DNA from: the human T2T-CHM13v2.0 reference genome, Homo sapiens
Reading direction: 5' to 3' (one strand)
Assembly (NCBI RefSeq): GCF_009914755.1
Contig: NC_060938.1
Length of the DNA stretch: 64,000 nucleotides
Each line of letters starts with the position of its first letter. Within the stretch, counting starts at the first letter, position 1. Under the pieces are notes generated by a model. That model had not been told where the DNA came from, searched no databases, and saw nothing but the letters and a program-made list of their open reading frames with translations. This document shows, piece by piece, positions 15,001 to 37,100 of this stretch. The position numbers and the translations under genes are program-made.

Positions 15001-15770
15001 ATCACTCTGGTGATGTAACTACTGTCTAGGCTCTGCTTAAAGGGGCCTTGTCACATATCTCTGCACTGATCACCCAGGTGATGTAACTCTTCTAGGCTCT
15101 GCTTTAAGGGGCCTTGTCACATATCTCTGCACTGATCACCCAGGTGATGTACCTCTCATCAAGGCTCTGCCTACCGGCACATTGCGATGTTTCTCTGCAC
15201 TGATCACCTAGGTCATGTAACATTTGTCTGGGCTCTGCCTACGATGGCATTGTGCCATATCTCTGCACTAATCATCCAAGTGATGTAACTCCTGTCTAGG
15301 ATCTGCCTAAATTAACTTTGTGACGTAACCCTGTACTGATCATCCAGGTGATGGGGCTTTTGTCTAGGCTCTGCCTAAGGGGGCATTGTGACATATTTCT
15401 GCATTGATCACCCAGGTGGCGAACTCTTCTCTTGGATCTGCCTATGGGGGCATTGTGACAAATCTCTGCACTGATCACCCAGGTGATGTAACAGTTGTGT
15501 AACGTCTGCCTACAGGGGAATTGTGAGAGATCTCGCCACTGATCACCCAAGTGATGTAACCATTGTCTAGGCTTTGCGTACAGGGGGCTTTGTGACATAC
15601 CTTTGCACTGATCACCCAGGTGATGTAACACATCTAAGTTCGGCCTAACGGAGCTTTGTGACAAATCTCTGCACAGATCACTTAGGTGATGTAATACTTT
15701 TATAAGCACTGCCTACAGGGAATTTTGGCAAATCTCTGCACTGATCATCTAGGTGATGTAACTCTTTTCT
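1..15770. repeat. Beta-satellite (68-bp Sau3A/BSR) homogeneous higher-order repeat array
   Basis: Tandem ~68-bp monomer (…cattgtgacatatctctgcactgatcacccaggtgatgtaactcttgtctaggctctgcctacagggg…). I counted 30 monomers in 1-2043. A near-identical marker ORF recurs at 2027, 4070, 6113, 8019, 9993, 11966, 13939 and 15296. Right boundary approximate. Confidence 0.96.
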
Positions 15771-18520
15771 AGGATATGCCTACAGAGGGCGTTGTGACAT
15801 CACTCTGCACGGTTCACCTGGGTTATGTAACCCTGGTCTAGGCTCTGCCTATGGGGCATTGTGACTTATCTCTGCACTGATCACCCCGGAGATGTGACTC
15901 TTTTCTAAGCTCTGCCTAGAGGGACATTGGGACATATCTCTGCACTGATTGCTGAGGTGCTGTAAAACTTGTCTACGCTTTGCCTACAGTGGGATTTATG
16001 ACATATCTCTGCACTGATCACCCAGGTGATGTAACTAGTGTCTAGGCTCTGCTTACAGGGAGTATTGTGAGATACCTCTGCACTGACCACGCAGGTGATG
16101 TAGCTCTTGTCTCGTCTCTGCCTACAGGGGCATTTTCACATATCACTGCACTAATCACCGAGATGATGTAACTCTTTCATAGGCTTCGCCAACAGGGGAC
16201 ATTGAGACATACCTCTGCACTGATCACCGAGGTGATGCAACTCTTGTCTGGGATCTGCTTACAGGGGGCATTGTGACATATCTCTGCCCGGATCACCCAG
16301 GTGATGTAACTCTTGTCTAGGCAATGCCTACTGGAGTCAATGTGACATATCTCCGCACTGATCACCCAGGTGATGTCACTTTTGTCAAGGATATGGCTAC
16401 AGGGACATTGTGACATGTCACTGCACTGATCACACAGCTGATGTAACTCTTGTCTAGGCTCTGGCTACAGGTGGCTTGTGACACATATCTGCATTGATCA
16501 CCCAGGTGATGTAACCCTTTTCTAGGCTCTGCCAAAAGCGGACATTGTGACATAAATCTGCAATGATCACCCAGGTGTTGGGACTCTTGTCTATGCTCTA
16601 CCTATAGGGGCATTGTGACATATCTCTGCCGTGATCACGCAGGTGATGTAACTCTTCTCTATATCTGCCTACTGGCGGCATGGTGGCATAATTCTGCACT
16701 GATCAACCAGCTGATGGATCCTTGTCTTGGATCTGCGTCTGGGGGCATAGTGACATATCTCTGCACTGATCACTCATGTGATGTAACACTTGTCTAAGCT
16801 GCGACAAAAGGGGAATTGTGACAGATGTCTCCAGTGATCACCGAGGTGATGTAACAATTTTCTGGGATTTGTCTACAGGGGGCTTTGTGCTATATCTTTG
16901 CACTGATCACCCAGGAGACATAACTCTTGTCTAGGCCTGGCCTACAGGGGCTTTGTGACATATTTCTGCACTGATCACCAAGGTGATGTAACACTTGTTT
17001 AGGCTCTGCCTGCAGGGGCTTTGTGTCCTATATCTGTACTGATCACCCATGTGTTGTAACTCTTGTCTAGGCTCCACCTACAGGGGCTGTTGTGACGTAT
17101 CTCTGCACTGATCACCCAGGTGATGTAACTCTTGTCTAGGCTCCACCTACAGTGGGTATTGTGACGTAACTCTACAGAGATCACCCAGGTTATGTAACTC
17201 TTGTCCACTCTCTGCCTACAGGGTCATTGTGAACTGTCTCTGCACTGTTCACCCAGGTGATGGGACTCTTCTCTATACTCTGCCTGGAGGGGGATTTGTG
17301 ACATATCTCTGCACTGATCACTCAGGTGATGGAAGTCTTGTCTAGGCTCTGTCTATGCGCACATTGTGTCAAATATCTGCACTGATCACCCAGGTGATGT
17401 AACTCTTGTCTAGGCTCTGTCTACAGGGATTTTTGTCACATATGACTGCACTGATCACCGAGCTGATGTAAGCCTTGTATGGGCTTTGCATATAGAAGGC
17501 TTTATGACATACCTATGCACTGATCTCTGAGGTGATGCAACTCTTTTCTAGGCACTGCCTACAGGGGACATTGGTACATATCCGTGCACTGATCACCCAG
17601 GTGATGGACTCTTGTCTTAGACCTGCCTACGTGGACATTGTGACACATCTCTGAACTGATCAACCAAGTGATGAAACTCTTGTCTAGGCTCTGCCTACAT
17701 GGGCTTTGCGACACATCTCTGCACTGTTCACCCTGGGGAGGGAACTCTTGTCTATGCTCTGCCTACAGGAGGCTTTATGACTTATACCTGCACTGATAAC
17801 CTAGTTGATGTAACACTTGTCTAGGCTCTGCCTACACGGGAATTCTCACAAATCTCTGCACTGATCACCCAGGTGATGTAACTCCTCTCTAGGTTCAGCC
17901 TACAGGAGTGTTTTGACATACCTCTGCACTGATCACCCAGGTGATGTAACCCTTGTCTAAGCTCTGCCTACAGGGACATTGTGACAGATCTCTCCACTGC
18001 TCACCCAGGTGATGTAACAATTGTCTGGGCTTTGCCTACAGTGGGCTTTGTGATATACATTTCCACTGATCAAACAGGTGATGTAACCCTTGTCAAGGTT
18101 CTGCTTACAGGGGCTTTGTGACATATCTCTGCACTGATCACCCCAGGGAGGAAACACTTGTCTACACTCTGCCTCCTGGAGGCTTTATGACTTATCCCTG
18201 CACTTATCACTAGGTGATGTAACACTTGTCTAGGCTCTGTCTACACAGCAATTTTCACATATCTCTACAATGATCACCTAAGTGATGTAACCCTTGTCTA
18301 GGTTCAGCCTACTGGGGATTTCTGACATACCTAAGCACTGATCACCTAGGTGACATAAATCATTTCCAGGCTTTTTTTACAGGGAACATTTTGAAATATC
18401 TCTGCACTGATCACCCAAATGATGCAAATCTTCTCTAGGCTCCTCAGGGAGTGGCATTGTGACATATTTATGAACCAATAATCCAGGAGATGTATCTATT
18501 CTGCAGGCTGTGACTAAAGA
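15771..18520. repeat. Divergent beta-satellite leading into cassette 1
   Basis: Same 68-bp monomer without the 2-kb period; the monomer order matches the blocks preceding the other cassettes. Confidence 0.93.
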
Positions 18521-25664
<7,144 letters not shown>

Positions 25665-26362
25665 GCGTCGGTAGGTGTTGGGAGAGCCTCAGCTGGAATT
25701 ACACGGATGGACAAGCACACAGAGAGGCCAGCGGGCTCCCTTGCACGTCAGCTGGGGTGCGCAATGAGCGCAGGTCTAGCCAGGAGGCCGGCAAAGAGAG
25801 GTAGAGGTCTGCATTCCGCCGCCAGGCACTCCATGGTGGCAGCTGGGAGGCTGCAGTGGCACGGGTGGGCCCGTGACGGTTTCGCGGAGGCACAGAGGAG
25901 GCGAGCCGCCAGAGGGGTGTCAGGCCTGGACGCTGCTGGGGCCCAGTGTTTCGCAGCACGGGGGTCTCCACACAGCCCAGAGGAGGACGCATTTTCCGGG
26001 GGTGGGGTTGGGGGTGGGGGGGTGTTCAGGCGTGGGTGGGGCTGTGGAAAGGCATGAGAGCTCTGCCTGGGCTGCTCCCACAGCCCAGGCGGCTGCCCAC
26101 ATACCCACGCATGCACAGTAGGCGGCCCACCTGCTGGTAACTGGGACGGCTCTGGGATCCCCGGGATGCCCAGGAAAGAATTGCTGTTCCCCGCTGTGTG
26201 AAGCCTCTCACCGAGCCTAGACTTAGAAGGGAGGAATCCCAGGCCGGTCAGCCCAGTGGAGGGGGCGGGGGTAAGACACACCCCTCCATAGCCAGCCAGG
26301 TGTTCCTCGCGAAAGAGAGGCCACCGCCCTGCCCCAACCCAAAACCGTCCCAACCCCACGTC

Positions 26363-27757
<1,395 letters not shown>

Positions 27758-27767
27758 CTAGCGTCTC

Positions 27768-27772
27768 TTATA
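27768..27772 (-). promoter_or_regulatory. TATAA box of DUX-like promoter, copy 2
   Basis: Minus strand GGGCCTTTATAAGAG about 140 bp upstream of the ATG, at the position of the DUX4 TACAA box; the upstream GC box is mutated (cccgtccca). Confidence 0.55.
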
Positions 27773-28427
27773 AAGGCCCGCAGGCAGGCAGGCTCCACCC
27801 CTTCATGAATGGCGGTGAGAACTGGGACAGCCCGTCCCACTGCGGAAGGGTCCTAGGGTTTCGAGGCCTGCTGCCGGGGGGTGGTGGGGTTGGGGGGGAG
27901 GGCATGGTGATCGTGGTGGTGGGGCCGGAGAGACGAAGAAGAAGGGGGCGAGGGGGAAGGGGTGAGGGGGGCGCGTTTTAGGGGCTGGCTGTCCAGACCT
28001 CTCCAGGAATCCCGCGGGAACTGGAAGCCACTCTCTGGGCTCCCACGCGGCTTCAGCAGGGAGAAATCGGCCTGGCAGGTTGGAGGAGAATGTGGAACTG
28101 AACCTCCGTGGGAGTCTGGAGTGTTCCAGGCCCTCTCTCCGTGAAGAAGGCAGTGCCTGTGGGTGTCGCCATTGCTTGGACAGTCTCACACACGCAGGCG
28201 TGTGGCTCTCTTTCATTTCCACGTAGAAGACCAGAGCGAGATGCCAGAGAGAAGATGCCCCCCCGGCGTGATGGCCTGATGATGGATTCCCGTGTGCTGC
28301 AACATGGGGAGTCTGCAGTGTGTCCGGTTTGGAAACTGGCAAGGAGAGTGAAGGCACCATGCCGGTCTTCCACACTTCCCTACATGTTTCTGGGTGCCCG
28401 CAGAGCTCCGGGAGCGAACAGTGAGCA

Positions 28428-31424
28428 TGACACATCTCTGAACTGATCAACAAAGTGATGTAACACTTGTCTAGGCTCTGCCTACAGGGGTTTTGTGACA
28501 TATCTCTACACTGATCACCCAGCTGATGGGACATTTGTCTAGGCTATGCCTGTGGGGGCATTGTGACATATCTCTACACTGATCACCCAGGTGATGTAAC
28601 ACTTCTGTTGGATCTGCCTATGGGGGCTTAGTGACATATAGCTGCACTGATCACCCAGGTGATGGGACACTTGTCTAGACTCTGCTTATGGGGGATTTGT
28701 GACATATCTCTGAACTGATCACCCAGGTGATGTAACGCTCGACTAGGCTCTGCCTACGGGGCATAGTGACATATCACTGCATTGATCACCGAGGTGATGT
28801 AACTCTTGTCCAGGCTCTTCCTATAGGGGGACTTGTGACATATCTCTGCACTGATCATCTAGGTGATGTAACTCTTGCTAAAGCTCTCCCTGCAGGGGCA
28901 TTGTGAAATGTCTCTGCACTGATCACCCAGGTGAAGGGACTCTTCACTAGGCTCTGCCTACTGGGGGCATTGTCACATATTTCTGCACTGATCAAACAGG
29001 TGACGGACTCTTGTCTTGGATTTGCCTTTGGGGGCATTTTGACATATCTCTTCACTGATCACCCACGTGATGTAACTGTGGTCTAAGCTCTGCCTAAAGG
29101 GGCATTGTGACAGATCTCTGCAATGATCACTCAGGTGATGTAACTATTGTCTAGGCCCTGCTTAAGGGGGTCTTGTCACATATCTCTGCACTGATCACCC
29201 AGGTGATGTAACTCTTGTCTAGGCTCTGCTTAAAGGGGGTATTGTGACATATCTTAGCACTGATCACCTAAGTGATGTAACACTTGTGTAGGCTCTGCCT
29301 ACAGGGGCATTTTGACATATATCTGCACTGTTAACCGAGGTGACGTTACTCTTGTCTAGGCTATGCCCACAGGGGGATTGAGACATATCTCTGCACTGAT
29401 CCCGAGGTGATCCAACTATTGGCTGGTCTCCACCTACTGGGGACATTGTGACATATTTCTGCACTGATTTCCCAGGTGTTGTAACTTTATTCTAGGCTCT
29501 GGCTACACGGCATTGTGACATATCACTGCACTGATCACCCAGGTGATATAACACTTGTCTAGGCTCTGCCTACAGGGGCATTGCGATGTATCTCTGCACT
29601 GATCACCTAGGTCATGTAACTCTTGTCTAGGCTCTGCCTACAGGAGCGTTTTCACATATCACTGAACTGATGACAAAGGTGATGTAACTCTTGCCTAGGC
29701 TTTGCCTACAGAGGACATTGTGACATATATCTGCACTGATCACCCAGATGATGCAACTCTTCCATACGCTTTGCCTACAGGGGACATTGGGACATATCCC
29801 TGTACTGATCACCCATGTGATGCAACTCTTCTCTATGCTCTGCCTACAGGGTTCATTGTGACATATTTCTGCACTGATCACCCAGGTGATGTAGCTCTTG
29901 TCTAGGCTCCACCTACAGGGAGTATTGTGACATATCTCTGCACTGATCACCCAGGAGATGTAACTGTTGTCTAGGCTCCACCTACAGGGGGTATTGTGAC
30001 GTGTCTCTGCACTGATCACCCAGGTGATGTAACATTTATCTAGGCTCTGCCTACAGGGGCTTTTTGACAAAGCTCTCCACAGATCACCTAGGTTATGTAA
30101 CTCTTGTCCACACTCTGCCTACAGGGGGCATTGTGAAATATCTCCGCAATGATCACCCAGGTGATGGTACTCTTCTCTATACTCTGCCTATAGAGGGATT
30201 TGTGACATATCTCTTCACTGATCACCCAGGTGATTGAAGTCTTGTATATGCTCTGTCTATGGGGGCATTGTGTCAAATTTCTGCACCAATCACCCGGGTG
30301 ATGTAACTCTTGTGTAGGCTCTGTCTACAGGGATTTTTGTGACGTATCACTGCACTGATCACCTAGGTGATGTAAGCCTTGTATGGGCTTTGCATACAGA
30401 AGGCTTTGTGACATTTCTATGCACTGATCTCTGAGGTGATGCAACTCTTGTCTAGGCACTGCCTACAGGGGACATTGGTACATATCTCTGCACTGATCAC
30501 CCAGGTGATGGACTCTTGTCTTACATCTGCCTACATGGACATAGTGACATATCTCTGAACTGATCAACCAAGTGTTGAAACTCTTGTCTAGGCTCTGCCT
30601 ACAGGGGCTTTGTGACACATCTCTGCACTGATCACCCTGGGGAGGGAACTCTTGTCAACGCTCTGCCTACAGGAGGCTTTATGACTTATACCTGCACTGA
30701 TAACCTAGGTGATGTAACACTTGTCTAGGCTCTGCCTACACAGGAATTCTCACATATCTCTGCACTGATCACCCAGGTGATGTAACTCCTGTCTAGGTTC
30801 AGACTACAGGTGTGTTTTGAAATATCTCTGCACTGATCACCCAGTTGATGTAATCCTTGTCTAAGCTCTGCCTACAGGGGCATTGTGACAGATCTCTCCA
30901 CTGCTCACCCAAGTGATGTAACAATTGCCTGGGCTTTGCCTACAGGGGGCTTTGTGATATACATTTCCACTGATCAAACAGGTGATGTAACCCTTTTCAA
31001 GGTTCTGCTTACAGCGGCTTTGGTACATATCTCTACACTGATCACCCCAGGGAGGAAACACTTGTCTACACTCTGCCTACAGGAGGCTTTACTACTTATC
31101 CCTGCACTGATCACTAGGTGATATAACACTTGTCTAGGCTCTGTCTACACCAGAATTTTCACATATCTCTACACTGATCACCTAAGTGATGGAACCCTTG
31201 TCTAGTTTCAGCCTACTGGGGATTTCTGACATACCTATGCACTGATCACCGAGGTGATTTAAATCATTTCCAGGTTTTTGTACAAGGGACATTGTGATAT
31301 ATCTCTACTCTGATCACCCAAATGATGCAAATCTTCTCTAGGCTCTGCAGGGAGGGGGCATTGTGACATATTTCTGAACCGATCATCGAGGAGATGTAAC
31401 TATTCTCCAGGCTTTGACTAAAGA
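28428..31424. repeat. Divergent beta-satellite spacer 2
   Basis: 68-bp monomers; shortest spacer (~3.0 kb). Confidence 0.94.
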
Positions 31425-31535
31425 GCGTCGGAAGGTGTTGGGAGAGCCTCAGCCGGAATTTCACGGACGGACAAGGGCACAGAGAGGCCAGTGGGCTCCC
31501 TTGCACATCAGCTGGGGTGCGCAATGAGGGCAGGT
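31362..31535 (-). other. pLAM / DUX4 exon-3 homologue, copy 3 (no ATTAAA)
   Basis: GGCTAG|ACCTGC acceptor; poly(A)-signal position reads GTCACA. Confidence 0.75.
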
Positions 31536-32123
31536 CTAGCCAGGAGGCCAGCAAATAGAGATAGAGGTCTGCGTTCCACCGCCAGGCGCTCCGTGGTGTC
31601 AGCTGGGAGGTTGCAGGGGCACGGGCGGGCCGGCGACGGTGGCGCGGAGGCACAGAGGAGGCGAGCCGCCCGAGGGGTGTCAGGCCTGGACGCTGCGTGG
31701 GCCCGGTGTTTTGCGGGATGGGGGTCTCCACCCTGCCCAGGAGAGGATGCATTTTCCGGGGGTTGGGGGGGGTGGGGATGGGGTGGTCAGGCAGGTGTGG
31801 GGTGGTGGAAAGGCATGAGATGTCTACCCAGGCTGCTCCCACAGCCCAGGCGGCTGTCCGCAAACACGCGCATGTGCAGTAGGTGGCCCACCTGGTGGTA
31901 CCTGTGCTGGCTCTGGGATCCCCTGGATGCTCAGGAAAGAAGGGCAGTTCTCCACTGTGTGGAGCCTCTCACCGTGCCTAGACCTAGAAGGCAGGAATCC
32001 CAGGCCGGTCAGCCCGGTGGAGGGGGCGGGGTGAAGACATGTCCCTCCATAGCCAGCCCGGTGTTCCCTTCGAAAGAGAGGCCACTGCCCTGCCCCGACC
32101 CGACCCAGTCCCAACCCCGCGTC

Positions 32124-33599
<1,476 letters not shown>

Positions 33600-34187
33600 A
33601 CCCGGGAAGGGTCCCAGGGCATGGAAGCCTGTGGTCATGGTGGGGTGGGTTTGGCGGAGAGGGCGTGGTGATGGCGGTGGTGGGACCAGAGAGATGAAGA
33701 GGAATGGGGCGAAGGGGAAGGGGTGAGGGGGTGCGTTTCGGGGGCTGGCTCTAAGGACGTCTCCAGGAATCCCGCGGGAACTGGAAGCCACTCTCTGGGC
33801 TCCCACGCATCTGCAGCAGGGATAAACCGTCCTGGGAAGGTGGAGGGGAGTGTAGAACTGAACCTCAGTGGGAGTCTGGAGTGTTCCAGGCCCTCTCTCC
33901 GTGAAGGAGGCAGTGCCTCTGGGTGTCGCCGTTGCTGGGACAGTCTCAGACACGCAGGCGTGTGGGTCTCGTTCATTTCCAAGTAGGTGACCAGAGCGAG
34001 ACCCCAGAGAGAAGATGCCTCTCTGGCGTGATGGCCTTACGATGGATTCCCGTGTGCGGCAACATGGGGAGTCTGCAGAGTGGCCGGTTTGGAAACTGGC
34101 AAGGAGAGCGAAGGCACCATGCCGGTCTTCCACCCTTCCCTGCATGTTTCCGGGTGCCCGCAGAGCTCTGGGAGCAAACAGTCAGCA

Positions 34188-37100
34188 TGACACATCTCTG
34201 AACTGATCAACAAAGTGATGTAACAATTGTCTAGGCTCTGCCTACAGGGGCTTTGTGAAATATCTCTTCACTGATCACCCAGGTGATGGGACTTTTGTCT
34301 AGGCTCTGCCTATGTGGGCATTGTGACATATCTCTACACTGATCACCCAGGTGATGTAACTCTTGTGTTGGATCTGCCTATGGGGGCATTGTGACATATT
34401 TCTACACTGATCATCCAGGTGATGGGACTCTTGTCTAGGCTCTGTGTATGGGGGTTTTTGACATGTCTCTGCACTGATCACACAGGTGATGTAACACTTG
34501 ACTAGGCTCTGCCTACGAGGCATAGTGACATATCACTGCATTGATCACCGAGGTGATGTAACTCTTCTCCAGGCTCTGACTATAGGGGGCCTTGTGACAT
34601 ATATCTGCACTGATCATCTAGGTGATGTAACTCTTGCTTATTCTCTGCCTGCAGAGGTATTGTGAAATATCTCTGCACTGATCACCCAGGTGACGGGACT
34701 CTTCTCTAGGCTGTGCCTCCTGTGGGCATTCTCACATATATCTGCACTGATCACCCAGGTGACACACTCTTTTCCTGGATTTGCCTATGGGGTCATTGTG
34801 ACTTATCTCTGCAGTGATCACCCAGGTGATTTAACTCTGGTCTCAGCTCTGCCTAAAGGGGTATTGTGACAGATTTCTGCACTGATCATTCAGGTGATGT
34901 AAGTATTGTCTAGGCTCTGCTTAAAGGGGCATTGTCACATATCTCTGCACTGATCACCCAGGTGATGTAACTCTTGTCTAGGCTCTGTTTACATTGGGTA
35001 TTGTGAAATATCTCTGCACTGATCACCTAAGTGATGTAACACTTTTGTAGGCTCTGCCTACAGGGGCACTTTGACATACCTCTGCACTGTTAACCGAGGT
35101 GATGTGACTGTTGTCTAGGCTGTGCCCACAGTGGGATTGAGACATATCTCTGCGCTGATTCCGAGGTGATCCAACTATTGCCTGTTCTCTGCCTACTGGG
35201 GACATTGTGACATATCTCTGCACTGATCTCCCAGGTGCTGTAAATTTAGTCCAGGCTCTGGCTACACGGCATTGTGACATATCTGCACTGATCACCCAGG
35301 TGATATAACTCTTGTCTAGGCTCTGCCTACAGGGGGCTTGTGACATATCCCTACACTGATCACCCAGGTGATATAACATTTGTGTAGCCTCTGCCTACAG
35401 GGGCTTGTGACATATCTCTACACCGATCACCCACGTGATATAACTCTTCTCTAGGATCTGCCTACATTGTGCTTTGTGACATATCCATGCAGTGATGACC
35501 CAGGTGATATACCATTGTCAAGGCTCTGCCTACAGTGGCTTTGCGATTTATCTCTGCACTGATCACCTAGGTCATGTAACTCTTGCCTAGGCTCTGCTTA
35601 CAGTGGCATTGTGTCATATCTCTGCAATGATCACCCAGATGATGTAACTATTTTCTAGGATCTGCCTACTGGGTGCTTTGTGACATATCCCTGCAATGAT
35701 CACCCAGGTGATGTACCACTTGTCAAGGCTCTGCCTACAGGGACATTGCGATGTGTCTCTGCACTGACCACCTAGGACATGTAACCCTTGTCTAGGCTCT
35801 GCCTACAGTGGCATTGTGACATATCTCTGCACTCATCATCCAAGTGATGTAACACTTGTCTTGGATCTGCTTAAAGGGACTTTGCGACATAACTCTGCGC
35901 TGATCATCCAGGTGATGGGACTTTTGTCTAGGCTCTGCCTAAGGGGGCATTGTGACATATTTCTGCACTGTTCACACAGGTGACCGACTCTTGTCTTGGA
36001 TCTGCCTATGGGGGCATTGTGACATATCTCTGCACTGGTCACCCAGGTGATGTAACTGTTGTATAAGCTCTGCCTACAGGGGAATTGTGAGAGATCTCGC
36101 CACTGATTACCCAAGTGATTTAACTATTTTCTAGGCTTTGCCTACAGGGGGCTTTGTGACATACCTTTGCACTGATAAGCCAGGTGATATAACTCATCTA
36201 AGTTCTGCCTAAGGGAGCTTTGTGACATATCTCTGCACTGACCATGTAGGTGATGTAACACTTTTATAAGCACTGCCTGCAAGGAATTTTGACAAATCTC
36301 TGCCCTGATCACCTAGGTGATGTAAATCTTGTCTACCGTCTCCCCAAAGGGGCCATTGGGAAATATCTCTGCACTCATAACCCAGGTGATTCTACTCTTG
36401 TCTAGGATCTGCCTAAAGGGGGTATTGTGAAATTTCTCTGCACTGATCAACTAGGTGATGTAACTCTTGTCTAGGCTCTGTCTACCGGGGCGTTTTCACA
36501 TATCCCTGAACTGATGACAAAGGTGATGTAACTCTTGCCTAGGCTTTGCCTACAGGGGACATTGTGACATATCTCTGTACTGATGACCCAGGTGATGCAA
36601 CTCTTCTCTATGCTCTGCCTACAGGGGACATTGTGACACATCTCTGAACTGATCACCCAGGTGATGCAACTCTTCTCTATGCTCTGCCTACAGGGGGCAT
36701 TGTGACATATCTCTACACCGATCACCCAGGTGATGTAACTCCTTTCTAGTCTCTGCCTACCTAGGGCGTTGTGACATCACTCTGCACGGATCACCCGGGT
36801 TATGTAACTCTTGTCTAGGCTCCGCCTATCAGGGCATTGTGAATTATCTCTGCACTGACCACCCAGGAGATGTGACTCTTGTCAATGCTCTGCCTAGAGA
36901 GACATTGGGACATATCTCTGCACTGATCACTGAGGTGATGTAAAATTTGTCTAGGCTTCGCCTACAGTGGGATTTATGACATATCTCTGCACTGATCACC
37001 CAGGTGATGTAACTCTTGTCTGGGCTCTGCCTACAGGGGCATTTTCACATATCACTGCACTGATCACCGAGATGATGTAACTGTTGTATAGGCTTCGCCG

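Noticed and set aside
1-15770. CRISPR-like regular repeat with a palindromic core
   Set aside because: The intervening sequences are homologous parts of the same monomer rather than unique spacers; there are no cas genes and the context is primate (Alu, DUX).
130-17208. Many recurring 60-137 aa ORFs (…YITWVISAEICHN…, …HHLGDQCRDMSQ…)
   Set aside because: They are translations of the 68-bp satellite. Recurrence reflects the repeat period, and the Cys/His richness is not a zinc-finger pattern.
27803-28534. ~230-250 aa minus-strand ORFs upstream of DUX in several copies (20520, 41295, 49531, 56854)
   Set aside because: Several start inside satellite or at non-ATG codons, the frames shift between copies, and there is no recognisable domain. 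Similarity is explained by the duplication itself.
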